Of a DNA stretch of 64,000 nt, positions 1-10,233 are shown in pieces. The first letter of the stretch is position 1. Each line of letters begins with the position of its first letter. The notes under the pieces are model-generated. The model worked only from the letters and a program-made list of their open reading frames with translations, was not told the DNA's origin and made no database searches. The position numbers were made by a program, and so were the translations under genes. Source of the stretch: an uncultured delta proteobacterium (GTDB lineage: Bacteria; Desulfobacterota; Binatia; Binatales; Binataceae); assembly GCA_963815835.1 (NCBI GenBank), contig CAWFIF010000006.1, positions 875,877-939,876 of the forward strand, given 5' to 3'.

Positions 1-439
1 CGTCGTAGCCCTCAGCGTGGTTGGGCTCGAATTCTTTTCTGCTCGCCATCTCGCCCTCGTTCCAGCCCTGGTCTTATCGCATGCTGGAAGCGAACAGTCA
101 GTCGTGATGCTGGTCGGTGATCCTTTGGCTGCGTTCCGCTCACGATGGCATGCTACCCGAGGGAGCGGCGAATATGCATCGCTTCCCGATCTGCGGTCCA
201 TTGGCCGATCTGAATTGTAACTTTGGGATCGCAGCGCAATCGCGGTTTGGGCTTCGTCCTGCTCATCAGATTCTGTTGCGAAGCGCGTCACTGTTTCTTT
301 CAGAAGCATTAGTAAGGAGATGCAGACAAAATTAAAAGGCCTAACGTACGCGCCTATTTCTCCGCTTAACTGCGGAACGCCTTATGCATGCCATTCGGGA
401 GCATTCGCTGACAATTTTCCATACGGGGAGAGGTTCCGC

Positions 440-1741
440 ATGAAGCTAAGTACACGTTTAGCAGTATTTTCACTAATCACGGCGCTGCTCGGGTTTGCTC
501 AGGGCACCACGTATGCCCAAGTCAAGCCCGGCGATTTTATCACGCCGCAAAACGCCAGCAAGGTGAAGGACATCGTCTCGCCGGGCACCTATTACAAGGT
601 GATGAAAGGCATGACGATGAAGATCATCCCTACGGGGCGCATCGATTGGCCTCCGCCGTACAAGGACGCTACCGAAAAGTATTCGGGGCAGGTCAGGCTC
701 TCAGCTGACCACCGCGGAATCGTCGGCTATGTCGCCGGACTTCCGTTCCCGATGCTCGACCTGAACGACCCGGATGTCGCGACCAAGATCATGTGGAACA
801 ACGCGTTTCGCCCGATCTTCACCGATGACTACGACCTCCGCTTCTACGATTGCGAAAGCGTGTACGGCGAAGCCGGCAAGAAGCAGACCTCCCAGATTGA
901 GAACTTCCAGATCGGCCACTATGCAGGATACAACCTGGTGGGACGCACCGAAGTCGAGCCGATGCCGTTTGATCCTGACTTCAAGGTGACCCATCGCTAC
1001 TGGATGTTTGGGCTGTATCCGATTCTCGGGCCTGCGGAAATCAAGGGTACCGGCTTCGTGCGCTGGCGTTATTCTGATCCAAACAAGGGCGACGATGTGT
1101 GGTCGTACCTGCCGTCGGCGCGCCGCCTGCGCCGTCTCAATGAAACCAGCTTGAGCGACTCGACCGCTCCGGGCACCTCGGCTCACGCATGGGATCCGGA
1201 CCACTACACCGGCTTTAACGCCAAAAACGAGGAGTACAACTTCAAGCTCCTCGGCGATAAGACCATGCTCATGGTCGCAGAGGCGCTTCATTCACCGGAA
1301 ATCCGATGCGATACGGATAACGGCGCCAGCGCCTGTCCCGAGGGCTGGGAACTGCGCCATGATTATCTGATCGAGGCCACTCCGACCGCCGATCGCGCTT
1401 CGGGCGCCCGCGACGCGAAGACGATTGTGTACATCGACTCCGAATTGTGGTTCCCGCTCGACGCCAATACCTATGACCGGCGTGGCGAGCTGCGCATCAG
1501 CAACATCCACATGGTCGCCTATCGTGACCGTCCGGTGCCGGACGCCAAGGTAGCCATCTATCCGTTCAAGCGCCTGTTCGTGGTCGGCGCGGTGTCAACC
1601 GACGTCCAATCGGGTATGGCGACGATGTGCTATCTGCCCGGAATCGACACCCCTGAGCGTGAGTGCTGGTACATCAACATGGGTGCGGTGGATAAGGACT
1701 TTTTCTCACCGCAATCGATGGAGGCCGCGGCGGGCCGGTAG
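440..1741 (+). CDS. DUF1329 family exported protein (LolA-like fold family)
   Basis: Signal peptide MKLSTRLAVFSLITALLG. Motifs GLPFP..DP..ATKIMWN and DDVWSYLPSARRLRRL are typical of DUF1329. GGAGAGG RBS precedes ATG 440. Confidence 0.8.
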   Translation: MKLSTRLAVFSLITALLGFAQGTTYAQVKPGDFITPQNASKVKDIVSPGTYYKVMKGMTMKIIPTGRIDWPPPYKDATEKYSGQVRLSADHRGIVGYVAGLPFPMLDLNDPDVATKIMWNNAFRPIFTDDYDLRFYDCESVYGEAGKKQTSQIENFQIGHYAGYNLVGRTEVEPMPFDPDFKVTHRYWMFGLYPILGPAEIKGTGFVRWRYSDPNKGDDVWSYLPSARRLRRLNETSLSDSTAPGTSAHAWDPDHYTGFNAKNEEYNFKLLGDKTMLMVAEALHSPEIRCDTDNGASACPEGWELRHDYLIEATPTADRASGARDAKTIVYIDSELWFPLDANTYDRRGELRISNIHMVAYRDRPVPDAKVAIYPFKRLFVVGAVSTDVQSGMATMCYLPGIDTPERECWYINMGAVDKDFFSPQSMEAAAGR

Positions 1742-1782
1742 CAATTCGGTCCCGGCGCTGTTTGCCGAATAACGTTCGAAAC

Positions 1783-1815
1783 CTCGGGTGCGGGCACGTC
1801 GCCGCACCCGAGTTT
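1783..1815. terminator. hairpin, probable terminator between convergent genes
   Basis: CTCGGGTGCGG / CCGCACCCGAG inverted repeat followed by TTT. Confidence 0.5.
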
Positions 1816-1845
1816 AGTATCGTGCCTGCTGCAAGCGCCGCATCA

Positions 1846-2274
1846 TCATTCGGATGGCGTGGTCTTCGCCCGCATCTTGAGGTCGGCTTCGAGGTAGCGA
1901 GGATTTGCAATCTTCAGCTTGTCCTCGACGATCTGGCGCACAACCTTCATCACCTTATCGCGGAACTCTCCACTGTCAGCTTCGCCGGCGCGGATCTTCA
2001 CGCTTAGCTCCTCGTTGAATTTGCGTGCCGCTGCGAGCACATCGCTCGTAGTATGAAGATGCGGCTTTTGCGCGCCCAGCAGCGTCGCGAGCGCGTCAAC
2101 CTCGGCGCGCAACAGCGGTTCACCGATTTCGATTTCGCGCGCGACGATCCGCATTACGTTCGCCACCACGCGCGATTGAAACTGCTTCTGCCCCTGCGTG
2201 ATCGGAACGATCTCGCGCTCGACGAAATCGGCAGCCGCTTGCAGCAGCTCGATGGAGGTTGGCCTGTCCTGCAT
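1846..2274 (-). CDS. DUF6285-like protein, partner of the APH-family kinase
   Basis: N-terminus MQDRPTSIELL..; C-terminal KLKIANPRY; directly downstream of the phosphotransferase gene. Confidence 0.7.
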   Translation of the reverse strand: MQDRPTSIELLQAAADFVEREIVPITQGQKQFQSRVVANVMRIVAREIEIGEPLLRAEVDALATLLGAQKPHLHTTSDVLAAARKFNEELSVKIRAGEADSGEFRDKVMKVVRQIVEDKLKIANPRYLEADLKMRAKTTPSE

Positions 2275-2315
2275 GTTCAGCGAATGCGTCGCGTCAAGGG
2301 CGCGGCGCGTTCCTC

Positions 2316-3326
2316 CTATTCGATGAGATTGAGAAGCTCCAACTCGTTCTCGACCGTGCGGCGCCCGATACTCGCGAGCTCGACCGAGCTGACGAAGCCG
2401 TCAAGATGAGTGCGCGCCTGGCTGATGGTGATGATTCCCCATTTGAGGTTGCCGAACACTTCCCACCATCGCGCCGCCTCGGGATCGACGGAGATGCCGC
2501 TGGCTTTTTCGTACGCCGCCCAGAAATCTTCGCGCTGTCCGATACCGCCGACCGGATTCTCATCGGCGCCGAAGCGCCACGCGCGCGTGCACATCCAGCC
2601 GAGGTCTTCCATCGGGTCGCCGAGATGAGGAAGCTCCCAATCGAGAATCGAGCGGACCCCCTCGGGCCCGAAGATGACATTACCGATGCGATAGTCGCCA
2701 TGCACCAGCACCTTGCGCGGCGATTTCGGCACGCGTTGGTAGAGCCATCGAAATGTCAGCTCGAAAGCGGGATACGGTTGCAGCGCGAGGATGCGGAAAT
2801 TTTGCTCATAGCGCTGCACCTCGGTCAGCGCGGCACTGGGTCCGGGCTCAGCCAGGAAATCGAGTTTGTGCTTGACCGGATCGATGCGATGGATGCGCGC
2901 GAGAATTTGCGCGAGTTGCGTGGGCATTACCTTGCGCGCGTTGGCGTACTGCTCGTCGCGCAGCAGGCGGCGCGCGATGGTCTCGCCCTCGACGCGCTCC
3001 ATGATGAAGAAGTCCGCGCCGAGTACTGCGGGATCATCGGATAGCCAGAAAACTTCGGGAACGGGAACGCCCTCCTCGAAGGCGGCGCGAAGGATCAGGA
3101 ACTCGTGGCGTCGATTGCTCTCGATGCGCTGCGCGGCCGGGTCGCGCCGCAGGACCATCCCGCGCGTCTCCACACCGCGCGCGCTTTGCATCGTGCAGTC
3201 GAACGACCAAATCTCACGCGAGGCGCCTCCGGGCATTTTGTGGAGGTTCTCGATTTTCACATCGGTGAAATTGCCCTGCTCGCGGATGAAGGCGCGCAGG
3301 CGCTCATGCAGTTCAGCAACATCCAT
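2316..3326 (-). CDS. aminoglycoside phosphotransferase-family (ACAD10/11 N-domain-like) kinase
   Basis: GGASRE loop, VHGDYRIGN, LDWELPHLGDPMEDLGW. Confidence 0.9.
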   Translation of the reverse strand: MDVAELHERLRAFIREQGNFTDVKIENLHKMPGGASREIWSFDCTMQSARGVETRGMVLRRDPAAQRIESNRRHEFLILRAAFEEGVPVPEVFWLSDDPAVLGADFFIMERVEGETIARRLLRDEQYANARKVMPTQLAQILARIHRIDPVKHKLDFLAEPGPSAALTEVQRYEQNFRILALQPYPAFELTFRWLYQRVPKSPRKVLVHGDYRIGNVIFGPEGVRSILDWELPHLGDPMEDLGWMCTRAWRFGADENPVGGIGQREDFWAAYEKASGISVDPEAARWWEVFGNLKWGIITISQARTHLDGFVSSVELASIGRRTVENELELLNLIE

Positions 3327-3356
3327 TCTGTCTTCCCTATCACGAACTTCGAAGGT

Positions 3357-4166
3357 TCAGGAACGGCGGCCGGCCAGCTGCGCGAGGCCATCGCCAAGCA
3401 GATTAAACGCGAGCACCGATAAGCCAATCGCGAGCCCGGGAGCGGTCGTCAGATGAGGCGCGACGAGGAGAAAGGCGCGGCCCGCATCGAGCATGTTGCC
3501 CCAGCTCGGCGTTGGCGACGTAACGCCGAGGCCCAGAAAGGAAAGCGAAGCTTCGGCGACAATGATTCCGCCGATACCGAAAGTTGCCTGCACGGCGACC
3601 GGGCCCGCGATTCCCGGCAGCAGATGACGCATCAAGATGCGTGAGGGCGTAGCACCCAGCGTGTTGGCCGCCTGGACATACTCACGCTCGCGAAGAGACA
3701 GGACCTCGCCGCGCACCAGGCGCGCATAGCCGGTCCATCCCATCGCGGTCAGCGCGATGACGAGGTCGGTCAGGCCGGGGCCGAGAATCGCGGCGAGGGC
3801 AATCGCAAGCAGGAAACCTGGGAACGCGAGTATGATGTCAACGAAGCGCATCACCAGTGAATCGACGCGTCCCCCTGCGAGTGCTGCCGATCCGCCGATA
3901 AGACTGCCGACGACGAGCGACAGCGTCACCACCGAAATCGATACGGCAAGCGAAAGACGCGCGCCATACAGCAGCCGCGCGAGCATGTCGCGTCCGAGCG
4001 CATCGCATCCCAGCGGATGACCTGGTGTTGGTCCTGCGAGCGCGAGGCGCAGATCGATCGCGAGTGGATCGCGCTGTGCGATCAACGGCCCGAAGATTCC
4101 GATCGCGATCAATATCGCGACCAGAGTGCCGCCCGTCCCGAGCGAGAGATTTCGGTGCAGCCGCAT
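3357..4166 (-). CDS. peptide/nickel ABC transporter permease (DppC-like)
   Basis: HPLGCDALGRDMLARL, EYVQAA..LGA (EAA loop), EASLSFLGLG, PSWG. Confidence 0.9.
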   Translation of the reverse strand: MRLHRNLSLGTGGTLVAILIAIGIFGPLIAQRDPLAIDLRLALAGPTPGHPLGCDALGRDMLARLLYGARLSLAVSISVVTLSLVVGSLIGGSAALAGGRVDSLVMRFVDIILAFPGFLLAIALAAILGPGLTDLVIALTAMGWTGYARLVRGEVLSLREREYVQAANTLGATPSRILMRHLLPGIAGPVAVQATFGIGGIIVAEASLSFLGLGVTSPTPSWGNMLDAGRAFLLVAPHLTTAPGLAIGLSVLAFNLLGDGLAQLAGRRS

Positions 4167-4168
4167 GG

Positions 4169-5101
4169 TCAGCGCGCCTCTCCACTCAGCCTGATTCGCG
4201 GGTCGATGAGGCCATAGACCATGTCGGTCGCCATGTTCACGACGACGTAGGTGAGGGCAAAGGTCAGCACGCATCCCTCGACCAGCGGGTAGTCGCGCGC
4301 GCTGATTGCCGTGATCATCAGCCGCCCAAGTCCCGGCCACGAGAAAATCACTTCCGTGATGATCGATCCGGTGAGCAGCCCGCCGAGTTGCAGACCGAGG
4401 AGCGTTACGACCGGCGTCAACGCGTTGCGAAGTCCGTGGCGCATCAGGGCGGCGTTCGCACTCAGCCCTTTGCCGATCGCGGTGCGCATGTAGTCCGATT
4501 CGCGAACCTGCACCAGGCTCTGCCGGAGCATCCTCGCGAGGATCGCTGCGAGCGCGGTGCCGAGCGTGATCGCGGGAAGTATCAGATGCGAAAGGCCGCC
4601 GCGTCCGGTCAGCGGGAGCCATCGCAACTTCAGCGAAAACAGGATCATCAGCAATGGCCCGAGATAAAGATGCGGAACCGAGATGCCGAGGACCGCGAAT
4701 CCCATCGCGCTAAGGTCGGCAGGACCGCCAGGGTCGGCGCCCGCGACGAGGCCAAGTGGAAATGCGATCACGATCGCGACGATCAACCCCGCCAGCGCAA
4801 GCTCGAGTGTCGCGGGAAAGCGTTGCGCGATCAGGTGCGCGACCGGTTCATGCATCGAGATGGATTCGCTAAGGTCCCCCTTCGCGAGGCCGCCGAGGAA
4901 CGCGACGTACTGCTCCCATAATGGGTGATCCAGTCCCAACTCATGACGCATTCCCTGGATGTCGGCCGGCGCCGCCATGTCGCCGAGCATCGCGACGACA
5001 GGATCGCCGGGGACCAGGTGAATCAGCGCGAAGGTGATGGTCGCGACGCCGAGCGCGACCGGAATCAGCGCGAGCAGGCGGCGACCCAGGTATGCGATCA
5101 C
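4169..5101 (-). CDS. peptide/nickel ABC transporter permease (DppB-like)
   Basis: PGDP, GLDHPL, DYMRTAIGKGL, HGLRNAL, RDYPLV. GTG start overlaps the upstream stop. Confidence 0.9.
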   Translation of the reverse strand: MIAYLGRRLLALIPVALGVATITFALIHLVPGDPVVAMLGDMAAPADIQGMRHELGLDHPLWEQYVAFLGGLAKGDLSESISMHEPVAHLIAQRFPATLELALAGLIVAIVIAFPLGLVAGADPGGPADLSAMGFAVLGISVPHLYLGPLLMILFSLKLRWLPLTGRGGLSHLILPAITLGTALAAILARMLRQSLVQVRESDYMRTAIGKGLSANAALMRHGLRNALTPVVTLLGLQLGGLLTGSIITEVIFSWPGLGRLMITAISARDYPLVEGCVLTFALTYVVVNMATDMVYGLIDPRIRLSGEAR

Positions 5102-6693
5102 TCCGAGGGCTCCGAACCAGCGGGCGTCGCGAGAGTTGGTGATGTCAGCGTCAGATCCGCGAGAGACAACAGGCTGCCGTTCGGATATGGCTCGAAGCCC
5201 GCAACCGTACGATTCATCACGACGACGTTGTCCTGCCACCACAACGACACGTATGGGAGATCATCCGCGGCAAGTTTCTGCACCTGCGCGTAAATCTTCT
5301 TGCGTGCCGCCTCATCGATGGTAGCGTCGCCGGCCTCCACCAGGCGGTCCATTTCGGGATTCGAGTAACGGCCGCGATTGAGCCCGCGCGGCGGCGTCAT
5401 CTGCGAATCGAAGACCATGTAGTAATGATGCGGGTCCCTGATTCCGATCCACGGCATCGCGGCGATATCGAAGTTGCCCCGCTGCATGTCGTCGTAGAAG
5501 GTCGCCCACTCATTGCTGCGAATTCGCACTTCGATTCCCACGCGCCGCAGCATCGCCTGGAGAATCTCGCCCATACGCGCGCCCTCCGGCGCACATTTGT
5601 ATACGAGGGCGAGCTTGCGCATCCCATTGCGATCGGCCTTGAAGCCGGCGTCGTCGAGCAACATGCGCGCGCGCTCAGGATCGTAGTGATAGGTAGTCAC
5701 TTCCCGGTCGTAAGCCCAATTTTCCGGTGTCAGCATTCCGCTGGCGATGCGAGCGGTGCCGCGCAAATAGGCGCGGATTATCTCGTCGCGATCGATCGCG
5801 TATGCGATCGATCGCCGCACACGCAGATCTCTCAAAGCGGGATCGCGGAAGTTGAACGTCAGATACCAGTAGGTCGTGCCTGCCGACGTGAGGACATCGA
5901 GGCCATCTTGCTTGCGCAGATATGGAAGCAGATCGGGTTGGATGTCGTTGGGCGCGAGGTCGCAGAGGTGCTCGACCAATTCAAGCGCGCGCACGGTCGG
6001 ATCGGGCACCACCTTAAAGACGATCCCTTGGATCGCATGCGTACCGGAAGTTTCGCGCGCCGCGCTGCGATCGAGAACGACTCGGTCATCGCGTTCGAAA
6101 TCCAGCAGTTTGAAGGGACCGCTTCCCGGCGGCGCATTCAGCGCGTTCGAGTTTCGACCGGGAGTGCCGTCCGGCACGATGCCGAGCATCGCCATTTCGA
6201 GCGCCGGCGCATAAGGACCGCGCGTCGTCATCTTGATGGTGTAGTCGTCAATCGCCTCGACAGACTTGAGCTGTTCGAGTCCGCCGGCCTTGGGCGAGCG
6301 ATTCCTGCGATCGATAACAAAATCGAAAGTGTATTTGACGTCGCGCGCGGTCAGTTCGCGCCCGTCACTGAAATGGATGCCGTGGCGGAGGTGAAAAACT
6401 ATCTCGGTCGGCGAGATCCGCTCGACGCTCTCCGCCAGGTCGCCGGTGAAGCCGCCCTTCGAGTCGAGTCTCACCATCGGATCGAACATCAACTCGTCGA
6501 TGCGTTCGGAAATCGCGTCAGTCGCGTAGCGTGGATCGAGCGCGGTCGGCGAGGTTTCAATATCTACCTGAATGAACCCGGGAGCCAGCCGCTGGCGCGA
6601 GCGCGAGCATCCAGGGAACACCGCAAGAGCCGCGCATAACAGTGCCTGAAGGAGCGCGGGCTTGGTTGCGGCACTTCGGTTCTTCGATACCAT
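5098..6693 (-). CDS. ABC transporter substrate-binding protein, family 5 (DppA/OppA-like lipoprotein)
   Basis: Lipobox-like FPGC, FHLRHGIHFSDG, GSGPFKL, VRRSIAYAIDR. Confidence 0.9.
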   Translation of the reverse strand: MVSKNRSAATKPALLQALLCAALAVFPGCSRSRQRLAPGFIQVDIETSPTALDPRYATDAISERIDELMFDPMVRLDSKGGFTGDLAESVERISPTEIVFHLRHGIHFSDGRELTARDVKYTFDFVIDRRNRSPKAGGLEQLKSVEAIDDYTIKMTTRGPYAPALEMAMLGIVPDGTPGRNSNALNAPPGSGPFKLLDFERDDRVVLDRSAARETSGTHAIQGIVFKVVPDPTVRALELVEHLCDLAPNDIQPDLLPYLRKQDGLDVLTSAGTTYWYLTFNFRDPALRDLRVRRSIAYAIDRDEIIRAYLRGTARIASGMLTPENWAYDREVTTYHYDPERARMLLDDAGFKADRNGMRKLALVYKCAPEGARMGEILQAMLRRVGIEVRIRSNEWATFYDDMQRGNFDIAAMPWIGIRDPHHYYMVFDSQMTPPRGLNRGRYSNPEMDRLVEAGDATIDEAARKKIYAQVQKLAADDLPYVSLWWQDNVVVMNRTVAGFEPYPNGSLLSLADLTLTSPTLATPAGSEPSE

Positions 6694-6841
6694 TTCGAAA
6701 TCGCCACGATGATATCAGACGCGCGCCTGTTGCTGCTTTGTGGGAGTATCGCAATCGGCGCTATAGTCCGGCGCGATTCTCGTTGGAACACTCGATAACG
6801 TTTCGACCCATCAGGGTAAACAACTAGCGGCGGGATTTTTA

Positions 6842-7633
6842 ATGAGACTTAAGGACAAGGTTGCGCTTATCTCGGGCTCGGGATCCGGAATCGGTGAGGC
6901 GACGGCGAAGCGGCTCGCGTCGGAAGGCGCCGCGGTGGTCGTGGTCGATCTCAATGAGGAAGGTGCGCGCCGCGTCGCTGATGAGATTTGCGGCGCGGGC
7001 GGCAAAGCCGAAGCATTGAAGGCAAACATCGGCAATCCGGCGGAGGTCGAGAACATGATCAAGTTCGCGATCGACAAGTTCGGCCACCTCGACATCCTGC
7101 ACAACAATGCGATGCGCCTTTACACGGGGCGCGTCGGCGAGATGTCGCTCGACAATTGGCGCAAGAGCGTTGAGGTCGGTCTGACCGCATACTTCTATGC
7201 GACACGATGTGCGCTCGAGGTGATGGTGCCGCGGCGCAAGGGCGCGATCATCAATACGGGTTCGGTATCGGGACTCGCGGCGGACTACGGACTGGGCGCG
7301 TATAACGCGATCAAGGCGGGAGTCATCAACCTGACGCGTGCGACTGCGATCGAATACGCGCGCAAAGGCATTCGATGCAATGCGGTTTGCCCGGGCGCGA
7401 TCATGACGCCGCCGATAATGAAAATGCGCCACGCGCTTCCCGATCTCGCCAAGACGACCGAGCAGGCGATTCCGATGGGACGCTACGGCGAACCGATCGA
7501 AATTGCGAATGTCGTATTGTTCCTCGCCTCCGACGAGGCATCGTATGTCAACGGCGCATGCATCATCGCCGACGGCGGGCTGACCGCGCATACCGGAATT
7601 CCGAGCGTTGCCGGAAGTGGGCCCGACTGGTAG
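6842..7633 (+). CDS. short-chain dehydrogenase/reductase
   Basis: SGSGSGIG, NNA, YxxxK (YNAIK), DGG. Confidence 0.92.
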   Translation: MRLKDKVALISGSGSGIGEATAKRLASEGAAVVVVDLNEEGARRVADEICGAGGKAEALKANIGNPAEVENMIKFAIDKFGHLDILHNNAMRLYTGRVGEMSLDNWRKSVEVGLTAYFYATRCALEVMVPRRKGAIINTGSVSGLAADYGLGAYNAIKAGVINLTRATAIEYARKGIRCNAVCPGAIMTPPIMKMRHALPDLAKTTEQAIPMGRYGEPIEIANVVLFLASDEASYVNGACIIADGGLTAHTGIPSVAGSGPDW

Positions 7634-7643
7634 CAACGATCAT

Positions 7644-8540
7644 ATGAATCGTCGCGACGCCCTGCGATTGCTATTCACGACCGCGGCTGCCGCCACGCTT
7701 TGGTCGCTGTCCAAAGCCACGGCGGGTCTGACGGAGAGCCACATGAGCAAGTCAACATCATCTGCGGCGAATGCCTCTCATCAGATGCCGGTGATCTTCC
7801 TCGCTCACGGCAGTCCGATGCTGCTCGACTCTGCAAGGTGGATCGCCGAACTCAAACAGTGGGCGGACTCGATGCCGTGGCCGCGCGCAGTCCTCATGAT
7901 CTCGGCGCATTGGGATCAGCGACCGGTCGCTTTGGGAGCCACGCGCACCGTTTCACTCGTGTATGACTTCTACGGCTTTCCGGATCGTTACTACCGGGTT
8001 ACGTATCCCGCCCCGGGTGCACCGGAACTTGCGGATCGCGTGCGCGAACTCCTTAAACGAGCGAAGACCGAATTCATGGACGAGCCGGAGCGCGGCCTCG
8101 ATCACGGCGCATACGTGCCGATGAAGTGCATGTATCCGCAAGCCGACATGCCGACGCTGCAACTGTCGCTTCCCGGACTCGAACCGAAGACCGTGTATGC
8201 GCTAGGGCAGGCGCTCGCACCGCTGCGCGACGAGGGCATCCTGATCATCGGCAGCGGATTCCTGACCCACAACTTGCGTGCGATCAGCGACAGCACTCCC
8301 GCGTGGGCGTCGGAATTCGACGAATGGATCGCCGATGTGCTGATGCGAAGCGACATGGACGCGCTGCTCGACTATCGCGCACGCGCACCGGGCGTGCAGT
8401 ACGCGCTACCGACGCATGAGCACTTCGTTCCGGTGATCCTCGCGAAGGGAGCGGTCGCGGACAAACGGCTGCCGACGAGTTTTCCAATCACTGGATTCGT
8501 CGGTGGATCGCTGACGCGCCGCTCGGTTCAGTTCGGATAG
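7644..8540 (+). CDS. class III extradiol ring-cleavage dioxygenase (DODA/YgiD/LigB family)
   Basis: FLAHGSPM, SAHW, YDFYGFP, RGLDHG, GSGFLTHNL, PTHEHFVP. Alternative start at 7743. Confidence 0.9.
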   Translation: MNRRDALRLLFTTAAAATLWSLSKATAGLTESHMSKSTSSAANASHQMPVIFLAHGSPMLLDSARWIAELKQWADSMPWPRAVLMISAHWDQRPVALGATRTVSLVYDFYGFPDRYYRVTYPAPGAPELADRVRELLKRAKTEFMDEPERGLDHGAYVPMKCMYPQADMPTLQLSLPGLEPKTVYALGQALAPLRDEGILIIGSGFLTHNLRAISDSTPAWASEFDEWIADVLMRSDMDALLDYRARAPGVQYALPTHEHFVPVILAKGAVADKRLPTSFPITGFVGGSLTRRSVQFG

Positions 8541-8549
8541 TTTTCCACC

Positions 8550-9329
8550 TCACGCGTTCCGGATCGTCAATCCTCCGTCAACAGGAATCACCGCGCCGGT
8601 GAGATACGACGCCGCCGGAAGACACAGGCTGACCGTGATGTGCGCCACCTCTTCCGGGAAACCATAGCGCTTCAACGCGGTGCGACGCTTGCCGAAAATC
8701 GTCTTGTGCTCTTCCGGAATTGACTCGGTCAGCGCGGTGCGAATCGGACCCGGACAAATGCAATTGACGGTGATTCCCTCGGGACCCAAATCCACCGCAA
8801 GCCCGCGCGTAAGGCCGATAACTCCCGTCTTCGCCACCACGTAGGGAGTGTCGCCAGGGGTCGCGCCGAGACCCTCAGTCGATGCGATATTGACGATGCG
8901 CGCCGCATCCGACTTCCGCAGATAAGGAAGCGCCGCGCGCACGACCTGCTGTTGCGCTGTGAGCAATCCCGCGATGGCGCGATCCCAAATGCGATCGTAT
9001 TCGGGGCCATCCACCGGATGAAATGCTCCGAAACCGGCATTGTTGACGACGATATCGAGCCGGCCGAAGCGAGCGGCAACCTCAGCCACCACGCGTTGGA
9101 TGTCCGCATGATCCATGACATCGAGACGCCATCCGTGCGCATTGCCGCCCTCGGATTTGATTTCGTCTACCACGCGGGCGACTCCCGCTTCATTGATATC
9201 GGTAACCGCGACCAGCGCGCCTTCTTGTGCGAACACATGCGCGGTCGCGCGTCCCATCCCGCTTGCAGCGCCGGTAATGAGCGCAGCGCGTCCCTTCACC
9301 GAGCGATCCAGTTTCTTGATGGCATCCAT
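8550..9329 (-). CDS. short-chain dehydrogenase/reductase
   Basis: TGAASGMG, NNAG, YVVAK, VDGG. Confidence 0.92.
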   Translation of the reverse strand: MDAIKKLDRSVKGRAALITGAASGMGRATAHVFAQEGALVAVTDINEAGVARVVDEIKSEGGNAHGWRLDVMDHADIQRVVAEVAARFGRLDIVVNNAGFGAFHPVDGPEYDRIWDRAIAGLLTAQQQVVRAALPYLRKSDAARIVNIASTEGLGATPGDTPYVVAKTGVIGLTRGLAVDLGPEGITVNCICPGPIRTALTESIPEEHKTIFGKRRTALKRYGFPEEVAHITVSLCLPAASYLTGAVIPVDGGLTIRNA

Positions 9330-9444
9330 CCTTGCTCTCCTTGCTCCGTCCCCGGCGATGACCGGGGAGCCCGACAATATCGTCGAATTGCTTTGCGGGG
9401 AAAGCCCGCTTCGATAGTCTGCTGAGCGAAACTTGGAGAAGGCT

Positions 9445-10233
9445 ATGGAATTCCAACGCGCGAAACTCGATATCGATGGGAATCTCGGCATCCTCACCCT
9501 CAACCATCCTGAGGTGATGAATGCTGTCTCGACTGAGATGATCGGCGGCATCATGAGCGCGCTCGCCGAAGTCGAGAATCCGAAGAACGGTGTGCGATGT
9601 CTCATCCTGACGGGCGCGGGACGCGGCTTCTGCGCGGGCGCGAATTTGCAGCCGTCCGGCAGCTCGAGTGGATCGCGCGACGCGGGCTCGGTGCTGGAAA
9701 CGCATTACCATCCGATGCTGCGCAAGCTGCGCGAGTTGCAGATGCCCTTCGTTACGGCAGTGAACGGCGCGGCGGCTGGGGTCGGGATGAGCCTCGCGCT
9801 GATGGGTGACCTCGTGATGTGCGCGCGTTCTTCATATTTCCTCCAGGCGTTTCGTCGCATCGGTCTGGTGCCCGACGGCGGCTCGACGTGGATTTTGCCG
9901 CGGCTCATCGGTCGTGCGCGTGCGATGGAGCTTTCGCTGATGGGCGAGAAACTGCCCGCCGAGAAGGCGCTCGAATGGGGCCTCATCTATCGCGTGGTTG
10001 ACGATGCGCAATTGCTCGACAAGGCGAAGGAGCTGGCGCGCGACCTCGCAAGCGGCCCGACGGTCGCGCTCAGCCTGATTCGCAAGCTCTACTGGGACAG
10101 CAACGAGAACACCTACGAGCAGCAGCTCAACCTCGAGCGTCAGATGCAGCGCAAAGCCGGCAGCTCGGCGGATTTCAATGAAGGCGTGCGCGCGTTCCTC
10201 GAAAAGCGTCCCGCAAAATTCAAGGGCGAGTGA
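9445..10233 (+). CDS. enoyl-CoA hydratase/isomerase (PaaG-like)
   Basis: GRGFCAGANL, AVNGAAAGVG, GLVPDGG, EGVRAFLEKR. Confidence 0.9.
   Translation: MEFQRAKLDIDGNLGILTLNHPEVMNAVSTEMIGGIMSALAEVENPKNGVRCLILTGAGRGFCAGANLQPSGSSSGSRDAGSVLETHYHPMLRKLRELQMPFVTAVNGAAAGVGMSLALMGDLVMCARSSYFLQAFRRIGLVPDGGSTWILPRLIGRARAMELSLMGEKLPAEKALEWGLIYRVVDDAQLLDKAKELARDLASGPTVALSLIRKLYWDSNENTYEQQLNLERQMQRKAGSSADFNEGVRAFLEKRPAKFKGE

Noticed and set aside
1-49. Possible 5' end of a minus-strand gene (MASRKEFEPNHAEGYD)
   Set aside because: Only 16 codons are visible, so it cannot be identified
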